From positions 1 to 10,491 of the IMG/VR virus record IMGVR_UViG_3300042868_003052: 10,491 nucleotides of DNA; one strand, written 5' to 3'. The position numbers and the translations under genes are program-made. This document shows positions 1-6,570 of the stretch, one piece after another. The stretch comes from a virus. Taxonomy: Duplodnaviria; Heunggongvirae; Uroviricota; Caudoviricetes. Every line of letters begins with the position of its first letter. The first letter of the stretch is position 1. The notes beneath the pieces are model-generated. The model saw nothing but the letters and a program-made list of their open reading frames with translations. It ran no database searches and was not told the DNA's origin.

Positions 1-2
1 CA

Positions 3-3000
3 CTGTATGACATTTTCTTTGGTGACACAGGTACATGGGCTGAACGTGCAAGTGCTGGTTTGAAGTCTGTGATGGACAAAATTTCTGGTGCAATTGTAGA
101 TGCTGCTGCACCATATGTGTCTAAAGGTTACGACTTTGTTAAGACCTTGTTGCTTGGTACTAACTCGTCTGAAACAGTCTCTGCACTCAAAACTCAGATG
201 TCTGCTATCTATGCAGTTATGGTCGAGCAAGTTGGAAAGATTCGTGCTGCAATCGGTACTTTGAATCTTGGTTCGATGTTCTCAGGAATGTCTTCTGGAC
301 CAGGACTTAAAGACTATGAGGCAATGATTGGAAAGACTTTCGGTACAGCTAGTGCTCAAATGTCTAAAGTTGCAGGTATGGCTGAACGAATCGGTGGATC
401 TAATGGTCTGCTTGGTAAGCTATTCCTTGGGAAGTACGGTAAGTGGGCTATCCTTGGCACTATCCTTGCTGTGTTCTCATCTGTGACTATGGCTGCTGAA
501 ACTGCTGCAACTACACAGAAGAGTGTCTTTGATGATGTGTTCTCTAACTGGAATACACTCAAACTTGAGAATCCTATTGCTGCTGTTGCGTTACAAATTA
601 CTGCAGTAACTATCCCACTGATGCTTGGTGCTTTGTTGGTCTTCCGTACTCAAGCTATGGCTGCACTCTCGGGGGTGTTTGACATTGGTAAGATTTCTTC
701 GTGGTCATCTGCTTTCATTAGCGGTATTGGTAAGATTGCCAAGAACATGAAGACAATCGGCCTTGTCGGTGGAGCAGCCGCTGTTGGCGGTCTGGTAGGT
801 AACAAGATGGGTGGCGGTGAGATGGCCGTAATGGGTGCTATGCTTGCTGCAGAGCTTGCTATTACATTCAGGAAAGCCCTCTTAGGGCTGCTCGGTCGTG
901 TTGCTGGTATCTTTGCTGGTGTACTTACTTCTTGGGTTACTTGGATTGTAGCTGGTGTGGCTGCACTCGGTGGTGCACTGTACTTGTGGTTCTTTGGTAA
1001 GAAGGGTGAATTCTGGTCTGACATTGACAAAGCTTTCAGTAAAGTCAAGGAGTTCTTTGGACTTAAGCCTGACACTAAAGCTGTCGATACCGGCCTTAGC
1101 ACTGAATCTGATGCATTCGCTAAGGCAAAAGATCTTGGTGTTACTTATAATCTGAGTGATATCAACAAGAAAAACCTGTCTGATAAAGAGAACACTAAAC
1201 TTAACGGTTTGGTTTCTGAACTTGAAAAGACAATCCAACAGTCTATTGACGAACAAGAGTTGACTGGCCGTATCTCTACTGATACTCGTGATCAGATTGC
1301 TACACTGAACCGCCAACTTGGTCGTTACTCGGATAAGCTTGTTAGTAAATCTAATCCAGAAGCTGAGAACTTTGGCAAGTTTCTTGAGGACTTAAAGAAT
1401 AAAACCTCCGACACTCGTGCTGGTGATTTTAAGCTAGACCTTGAACAAAGTCAGCTTGATAAGATATACTCAGTCAATCAAGCACTCTTAAAAGCTGGTC
1501 AGCTTTTTGCAACAGGTCAGTCGGCGAAACTTGCAGCTACAAATCGCCTAGACGCGCTAAAGGCTTCTAAAGATACACGCTACAATGCTCGTTATCGTGG
1601 ACCTAATGCTGGTGAAGATCAGCTTAGAGATCTAGAAAAAACCTATAGAAGTCTTGATAATCCCAGTGATATTCTCGAAGCGCAAATCAAAAAGTTAAAG
1701 ATACAGTACATACAGTCTACAAAAGATCTTATGTCTGCTGAGGCGGATATGGATTTCTCGTTTTCAAAAGGCTTTGTGTTTAGCGAAGTGTCTGATACTA
1801 ACCCTATAAAGAAAAAGAAACTAGCTCTTGAACAAGAGCTTTCTACAGCAATGCAGCAAGCTGTTGACTACAGCAACGCTAAGACAGCTATCGACAAGTT
1901 TCAGAATGATGTAAATCGCTTACAAGCTAACTTGACTGCTGTTGGTGTTACATTTGAGTCTAATGCCTTGTTTGCTAGCTCTGATGAAGCTTTTGAGAAG
2001 TTGAAGAAGCTTGGTGATGAAGCTAAGTATCTCGCTGAGCAGTTGAAAAACACTAAGACAGTTGCAGAACAAAATGCAATCATTGTCCGTATCAACGAAA
2101 TCAAGACTCAGACCACAATCATCAAAGCCGATGCTGACACACAATCTTTAGAGCGTACTCAGTTCAAACTTAAAGAACTTGCTAGCAAGGTGAATTCGAA
2201 CGTATTCAGTGATGAGACATTTAAGAAGCTTGGCGATCAAGCTGCTGATGCTTATTACAAAGAATACACGAAGATTTTCCAAGACATTGAACGTTTGAAA
2301 GTTCGTACAGCTGGTGATACTGGTGCTCAGAAGTTCCTTGAAGCTTCCGCCAAAGTATCTGGTTTGTCTACTCAGCAAGTCTCTGTTCAGAAGCAGATCG
2401 ATGGCTTGATGCCAAGTGAAGTTGAGTCTAAGAAAGAATTGACTCGTCGTAAAGACGAGATTTTCAAGGCTTACACTGCTGCTGTTGAAGAGTTTGAGAA
2501 GCTTAAGATTCAACAGACAATCAACCCTACATTGGGTACTGCTGAAGCTGGTGTTAACTTCTTGAAAGAGTACAAGCGTATTGAGGATGATAGAAAGGCT
2601 CTTGAGAATAAGATTCGTAAGGACTTATCCGGTGGGCCTGGGAATATCGCTGCACAACGTGATGTAGCATCTTCTGTTGGTGTTGACTTCAACAAGATTG
2701 TTTCGATGAAGGGTGTTAATACTGCAATTGCTGGTATTGACAAGCTTAAAGCTAAGAAAGAAGCCCTTGAGAAAGCTGAGAATGCCAACGATATTACATC
2801 GGTTGGTAGGCTGACTCGTGACATTGACAATCTGACTGAGAGTCTGAATAAGGCACCTACAACACTTCAAACATTCATTAGCACACTGTCAGGACTTGGC
2901 TCTGCAATTGGTGTGGATGAGCTTGCTATCGTTAGTCCAAAGACACTGCAACGCTTGAAAGCTGCTGTAATGTCTACCATCGCTTTGGATGAACAAATCC

Positions 3001-5219
3001 AGAAGCTTGGACCTAATGTTGCTCAAAGCAAGTTTGAAGAGATTGTGACTAAGAAGTTGGCTGCTGCTAAAGCTGCCTTTGATGCTTACATTGAAACCAT
3101 TTACAGTACGCCTGACAAGATCATGCAAGGTCTCAGCCGTATTGGTTTCACTGACAACTTTGAAATTTCTTTACTACCTGATGGTGCTATCAACGACTTC
3201 CTGAGTATTGACACTATTGTGTTGAAACTCCAGAATGAGCTTAAAGACCCTGCTAACGTGTCTCGATTCAAAGAGATTGTTAGTCAGATTACAGAGGCTC
3301 AGAAGCGTTCTAAGGCACTTAAAGACACTTTTGCTAGCTTTAACACAAGGCTTGATGTTGTAAACAAAGCATTCAGTATGAACCTGTCTGCTGAAGAGTT
3401 TGCGAACTTGCCGTCAGAGATTCAAATCGAACTCTCAGACAAAGCTAGTAAGTTGATGACTACTCTTGACGAGTTCATGAAGTCACCACTCGGTGGCTCT
3501 CCAAGTGCAAGTTCTAGTACTTCAAGCTCGCCTATAAATGTTGTTGTAGACACCAAGTCTAGTTCTAATGGCTCTATCGATGTATCTGCAAATCCGTTGG
3601 CTAACGCTGACAGTATCATTGCAGGTATTAGAAAAGGTCAGCTGGAGCTTCGTGCTGCATCGTTGAATGCATCCAGTTCGCTGGAAGTGTTCAATGCAAG
3701 ACTTAAAGTAGAAAAGGATAAAATCCCTTCTATTCCACTTTCTGACATTACTAACTCAATCACACAAACCTTCCCTGCTCTCTCAGATTTCCAAGACATC
3801 ATTAATAAGTTGTCTAGAGAAGAGCTTCGTGAGCTTGCTGGTGTCGTTGCTGATGTAAATGACGCTAAGCGTAAGTATGATGCTGGTCTTTCATCTCCAG
3901 CTGAGCTTAAGGCTGCTACACAAGAAGGTTCTGCAAAGGTTGCGTCTAAGTTGAACATGGTGTCTTACGGTGCTGATACCCGAAGCCTTGCAAAAGGCGT
4001 AGGTATTGACATCGATCAAGCATCTATGAACATGATTGATGCAAACGAGAAGAAGCTGATTGAAGGTATTCTTGCTGGCATCACTGCTGCTAAGAAAGAT
4101 GTTGAGTCTGCAACTTCTGATTCTCAACGAATCGCTGCACAATCTATTGTGAATGCTAAGATGGATCAGCTCGATGAAGCTATCCGAACAGCAACACAAG
4201 ACGTTGGAGCTAAGGCTCGTGATGCTGGTAAGGCATTTGCATCCAGTGTCTCTGAAGGTATCAATAGCTCTCTGTTGGCATTTGTCAAGGGTGAGAAAAC
4301 TTTCAAAGAAACTGCAAAAGATATCTTAGACAACTTTAGCAATTCTGTACTCACAACCTTTATGCAAGGCCTGTTGGATCCTTTTACTGGTGAAAATGGT
4401 ATCGTCACTAACATGATGAAAGACCTCGGTAAGAGTATCTTCGGTTCTGCTAACAAAGATAGCCCAACTAAACTGTTGGGTGATGGTGCTAGTAAATGGG
4501 TCTCTGACGCATTCTCTGGTGTTAAATCATTCTTTGGTTTTGGTGGAGGCGAAACAACAGCTGCTACTGGCGTTGTTGGTGCAGCTACTGGTGCTACAGG
4601 TATCGGTGGTTGCAACAGCGGTGAGATGTTCAAAGGTGTTGGTGACAAGATCACTACAGCCATTACTGAAGGTACAGACGCAATGTCTGGTTTCTTCTCT
4701 GGTCTTGGCTCCATCTTTGAAGGTGGTCTCGGTGAGCTTGGCAGTTCACTCGGTGAAGTATGGAATAGTCTTTCTTCGTCTTTAGGTAGTTTGTTCAGTG
4801 GCGGTGGCGGTGGTACTGATTGGGGTTCGCTCTTCTCAAGTGTTGCTGGCTTCTTTGCTACTGGTGGTATGGTGACAGGCCCAGGTTCTGGTAAGTCTGA
4901 CTCTATTCCCGCAATGATCTCTAATGGTGAATTCATTGTGAATGCAAAAGCTACTAAACAGTTCTTGCCTTTGTTGCATGGTATCAATGGTGGAAAGCTG
5001 CCTAAGTTTGCTGATGGTGGACTTGTGTCTGCTACAATGATGGCAACACCCGTGGCTGCTACTATTCAAGCTGCACCTTCTGCTCAGGCTCAACCTGTCC
5101 AACAAGTCTTCCAAATTAACGTTACAGGCGACGTGAGTCGTCAGACTAGAGCTGAAATCCAAAGAATGCTTCCTAATATCGCTACTGGTGTTAATTCTTA
5201 CAACAGAGAAAAGCGATAA
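3..5219 (+). CDS. Phage tail tape measure protein (5'-partial, at least 1738 aa)
   Basis: The frame of the 60..5219 ORF is also open from position 3 (LYDIFFGDTGTWAERASAGLK...), so the TTG at 60 is probably not the start and the gene begins upstream of the window. The protein is Ala/Gly/Lys-rich and helical-looking, has a hydrophobic cluster (444-998) and a Gly-rich C-terminal region, and carries the C-terminal signature FATGGMVTGPGSGKSDSIPAMISNGEFIVNA...FADGGLV typical of TMPs. It lies directly upstream of tail-tip genes. TAA at 5217-5219. Confidence 0.93.
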   Translation: MYDIFFGDTGTWAERASAGLKSVMDKISGAIVDAAAPYVSKGYDFVKTLLLGTNSSETVSALKTQMSAIYAVMVEQVGKIRAAIGTLNLGSMFSGMSSGPGLKDYEAMIGKTFGTASAQMSKVAGMAERIGGSNGLLGKLFLGKYGKWAILGTILAVFSSVTMAAETAATTQKSVFDDVFSNWNTLKLENPIAAVALQITAVTIPLMLGALLVFRTQAMAALSGVFDIGKISSWSSAFISGIGKIAKNMKTIGLVGGAAAVGGLVGNKMGGGEMAVMGAMLAAELAITFRKALLGLLGRVAGIFAGVLTSWVTWIVAGVAALGGALYLWFFGKKGEFWSDIDKAFSKVKEFFGLKPDTKAVDTGLSTESDAFAKAKDLGVTYNLSDINKKNLSDKENTKLNGLVSELEKTIQQSIDEQELTGRISTDTRDQIATLNRQLGRYSDKLVSKSNPEAENFGKFLEDLKNKTSDTRAGDFKLDLEQSQLDKIYSVNQALLKAGQLFATGQSAKLAATNRLDALKASKDTRYNARYRGPNAGEDQLRDLEKTYRSLDNPSDILEAQIKKLKIQYIQSTKDLMSAEADMDFSFSKGFVFSEVSDTNPIKKKKLALEQELSTAMQQAVDYSNAKTAIDKFQNDVNRLQANLTAVGVTFESNALFASSDEAFEKLKKLGDEAKYLAEQLKNTKTVAEQNAIIVRINEIKTQTTIIKADADTQSLERTQFKLKELASKVNSNVFSDETFKKLGDQAADAYYKEYTKIFQDIERLKVRTAGDTGAQKFLEASAKVSGLSTQQVSVQKQIDGLMPSEVESKKELTRRKDEIFKAYTAAVEEFEKLKIQQTINPTLGTAEAGVNFLKEYKRIEDDRKALENKIRKDLSGGPGNIAAQRDVASSVGVDFNKIVSMKGVNTAIAGIDKLKAKKEALEKAENANDITSVGRLTRDIDNLTESLNKAPTTLQTFISTLSGLGSAIGVDELAIVSPKTLQRLKAAVMSTIALDEQIQKLGPNVAQSKFEEIVTKKLAAAKAAFDAYIETIYSTPDKIMQGLSRIGFTDNFEISLLPDGAINDFLSIDTIVLKLQNELKDPANVSRFKEIVSQITEAQKRSKALKDTFASFNTRLDVVNKAFSMNLSAEEFANLPSEIQIELSDKASKLMTTLDEFMKSPLGGSPSASSSTSSSPINVVVDTKSSSNGSIDVSANPLANADSIIAGIRKGQLELRAASLNASSSLEVFNARLKVEKDKIPSIPLSDITNSITQTFPALSDFQDIINKLSREELRELAGVVADVNDAKRKYDAGLSSPAELKAATQEGSAKVASKLNMVSYGADTRSLAKGVGIDIDQASMNMIDANEKKLIEGILAGITAAKKDVESATSDSQRIAAQSIVNAKMDQLDEAIRTATQDVGAKARDAGKAFASSVSEGINSSLLAFVKGEKTFKETAKDILDNFSNSVLTTFMQGLLDPFTGENGIVTNMMKDLGKSIFGSANKDSPTKLLGDGASKWVSDAFSGVKSFFGFGGGETTAATGVVGAATGATGIGGCNSGEMFKGVGDKITTAITEGTDAMSGFFSGLGSIFEGGLGELGSSLGEVWNSLSSSLGSLFSGGGGGTDWGSLFSSVAGFFATGGMVTGPGSGKSDSIPAMISNGEFIVNAKATKQFLPLLHGINGGKLPKFADGGLVSATMMATPVAATIQAAPSAQAQPVQQVFQINVTGDVSRQTRAEIQRMLPNIATGVNSYNREKR
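444..998 (+). other. Hydrophobic, putative membrane-spanning cluster of the TMP
   Basis: Segments WAILGTILAVFSSVTMAA (444-497), IAAVALQITAVTIPLMLGALLVF (576-644) and LLGLLGRVAGIFAGVLTSWVTWIVAGVAALGGALYLWFF (879-995), with further Gly/Ala-rich apolar stretches between them. Confidence 0.7.
4854..5027 (+). other. Conserved TMP C-terminal motif (FATGG...GPGSGKSDSIPAMISNGEFIVNA...FADGG)
   Basis: Read directly from the translation; I recognise it as a common C-terminal block of siphophage TMPs. Confidence 0.75.
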
Positions 5220-5228
5220 ATCAAATGT

Positions 5229-5262
5229 GCCACGCATAGAGTTCTGAATGAATTTTAGTGGC
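5229..5262 (+). other. RNA hairpin just after the TMP stop codon (processing or pause element; weak terminator at best)
   Basis: GCCAC (5229-5233) pairs with GTGGC (5258-5262). After a 3-nt GCA bulge, TAGAGTTC (5237-5244) pairs with GAATTTTA (5250-5257) using two G-U pairs; loop TGAAT. The G-U pairs work only on the + strand transcript. The downstream CCGTTTG is a poor U-tract. Confidence 0.55.
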
Positions 5263-5295
5263 CCGTTTGCCCCGCCCGACACGCATAGTGGCCCG
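5231..5295. repeat. Split direct repeat CACGCATAG / TAGTGGCCCG
   Basis: CACGCATAG occurs at 5231-5239 and 5280-5288. TAGTGGCCCG occurs at 5256-5265 and 5286-5295. Confidence 0.8.
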
Positions 5296-5309
5296 AGGCG
5301 GCCCCATTC

Positions 5310-5340
5310 TCAGGTGGCTGATAGCAGCCCCTCAACCTGA
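5310..5340. other. Bulged hairpin in the TMP-Dit spacer
   Basis: TCAGGT (5310-5315) pairs with ACCTGA (5335-5340). The inner stem GGCTG (5316-5320)/CAGCC (5325-5329) closes an ATAG loop, and CCTCA forms a 5-nt bulge. Confidence 0.55.
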
Positions 5341-5362
5341 CCCCGCGTTGCACCTTGCAAGC

Positions 5363-5395
5363 AGGATTTTCGTTTATTTTATACAAAGGATTTTC
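5363..5395 (+). repeat. Direct repeat AGGATTTTC x2
   Basis: Identical 9-mers at 5363-5371 and 5387-5395; the second copy overlaps the Dit ribosome-binding site. Confidence 0.75.
5385..5390 (+). promoter_or_regulatory. Shine-Dalgarno of the Dit-like gene
   Basis: AAAGGA lies 5 nt before the ATG at 5396. Confidence 0.75.
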
Positions 5396-6028
5396 ATGGC
5401 AAAATATGGCATTCTCCGATCAGATGAGAACACAGGTAATGACGGCGATTTGATTGCAACTTTCATTGCTCCGTTGTCTATTATCAGTAACAAACCGACT
5501 TACAGTAACGAAACTGTCACTCTGAAACGACGGTCAATTTACACAGATATTCAGCGTTGGGAAATCTCAACCGGACTTGCACCGCTAGCTGATGCAACTG
5601 AATTACTGGTTCACAACACTATAAACGGTTACACAGAAACCTTTTATGCACGGATGCCGCAGCTCTATCGCAAGGGTACGATATCAGAACGACTTGTGCC
5701 TAGGGTTTTCAATGATGTAGCTCAAAACGAGTCTGACATCTTTGTGAAAGACATCGGTGTAAATAAGCTGCCAGTCGGTGAGTTCATCCGATTTAGTGGA
5801 CACTCTAAGATCTATATGATCAAAGAGTCTGTGGCTGTATCTGGACAACTGAACAAAATTACAGTCTTTCCTAAATTGACCAAGCCCGTTGATTTAGATG
5901 AAACAATCTTCTTCGGGTCTAAGGTGACAATTCCCGTCAAATATGGTGATGATACAAAGATTGGTATCACTTACGTTGATGGCATACTTGCACAAGTTGA
6001 CTCGATAACACTGATTGAGGCTTTGTAA
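5396..6028 (+). CDS. Distal tail protein (Dit)-like, 210 aa
   Basis: The real start is most likely ATG 5396 (SD AAAGGA), not GTG 5258 as in the track. It is the first gene after the TMP and has a Dit-like size. Recognisable blocks are APLSIISNKP...TLKRRS...QRWEI and LPVGEFIRFSGHSKIYMI...ITVFPKL, reminiscent of two-domain T5 pb9-type Dit proteins. Confidence 0.72.
   Translation: MAKYGILRSDENTGNDGDLIATFIAPLSIISNKPTYSNETVTLKRRSIYTDIQRWEISTGLAPLADATELLVHNTINGYTETFYARMPQLYRKGTISERLVPRVFNDVAQNESDIFVKDIGVNKLPVGEFIRFSGHSKIYMIKESVAVSGQLNKITVFPKLTKPVDLDETIFFGSKVTIPVKYGDDTKIGITYVDGILAQVDSITLIEAL
6017..6020 (+). promoter_or_regulatory. Shine-Dalgarno of the cupin-like gene
   Basis: GAGG lies 7 nt before ATG 6028, and the start overlaps the Dit stop (TAATG), consistent with translational coupling. 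Confidence 0.65.
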
Positions 6029-6570
6029 TGTCAAACATAGTTACCTCCAGAAACTATTTACCTAAGAGTCCAGAAGAGCACTACGCTAAGATGCAAGCGT
6101 TTATGGACTCTATGAAAGGTCTGCCTGTAGGTAAGTATAGCTATAAGCATTATTTCTCTGATGGTGTGTACATTAGAGAGTTGAAGCTTACTAAGGGCAC
6201 AATGATTGTAGGTGCTAGACACCTAAAAGAAACAGCAATGCTGATTACCAAGGGCTCCTTGAAGATCTTTTCTGAAAAAGGACTTGGTATATCAAAAGCA
6301 GGAGACATCCACATCTCTCCTGTTGGTACTCAAAGGGCTGGTTATGCTTTAGAGGATAGTACAGTTGTTACAATCCACAGAGCGGATACCTATGACCTCG
6401 ATGAGATGGTTAAACAACTAGCTGTAGGCGAACTTGATACACTTAGCGGTGTTAACGAGGGAGACTACAAGCTATACATTCGTGGAAAGAAAATCATAGA
6501 TGAGAAAATTCAGTCCAACAGTGACAAGGTTGCTATCAGAGGGCGTCTACAGCGGCTTTTACCTGCTTGA
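6028..6570 (+). CDS. Phage cupin-fold (double-stranded beta-helix)-like protein of unknown function, 180 aa
   Basis: HYFSDGVYIRELKLTKGTMIVGARHLKETAMLITKG...GDIHISPVGTQRAGYALEDSTVVTIH follows the cupin motif-1 and motif-2 (G-x5-P-x-G) spacing. It has a good SD and TAATG coupling. Confidence 0.7.
   Translation: MSNIVTSRNYLPKSPEEHYAKMQAFMDSMKGLPVGKYSYKHYFSDGVYIRELKLTKGTMIVGARHLKETAMLITKGSLKIFSEKGLGISKAGDIHISPVGTQRAGYALEDSTVVTIHRADTYDLDEMVKQLAVGELDTLSGVNEGDYKLYIRGKKIIDEKIQSNSDKVAIRGRLQRLLPA

Noticed and set aside
60-62. TTG at 60 as the TMP start
   Set aside because: The frame is open from position 3 and there is no clear SD; the gene most likely starts upstream of the window.
4166-4987. 273-aa minus-strand ORF, plus the other short minus-strand and alternate-frame ORFs in the track
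   Set aside because: These are shadows of the + strand genes. The Pro/Ser-rich content mirrors GGT/GCT-rich sense codons, and none shows recognisable motifs.
5229-5270. Intrinsic terminator after the TMP
   Set aside because: The hairpin lacks a convincing U-tract (CCGTTTG), and downstream genes need read-through; kept only as a generic hairpin.
5310-5329. Resemblance of TCAGGT...AGCAGCC to SRP (4.5S) RNA helix 8
   Set aside because: There is no GNRA-closed inner stem between CAGG and AGCA, and the GGCTG/CAGCC pairing sequesters those bases.
5244-5340. Hammerhead ribozyme core or tRNA in the spacer
   Set aside because: The CTGA instances do not give CUGANGA with a GAAA partner, and no cloverleaf or T-loop is present on either strand.
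5258-5395. 46-aa N-terminal extension of Dit from GTG 5258
   Set aside because: There is no SD, the translation is Arg/Pro-rich and spans the GC-rich structured spacer, and ATG 5396 has a good AAAGGA.
5376-5402. Antisense sigma70-like promoter (TTGCCA-N15-TAAAAT on the - strand) firing into the spacer
   Set aside because: The 15-nt spacer is suboptimal and such matches are common in AT-rich DNA; unsupported without transcript data.
6484-6520. Programmed frameshift fusing the cupin to the gpL-like protein
   Set aside because: The downstream frame is closed by TAG 6497-6499 right before its ATG, and there is no canonical slippery heptamer in the overlap.
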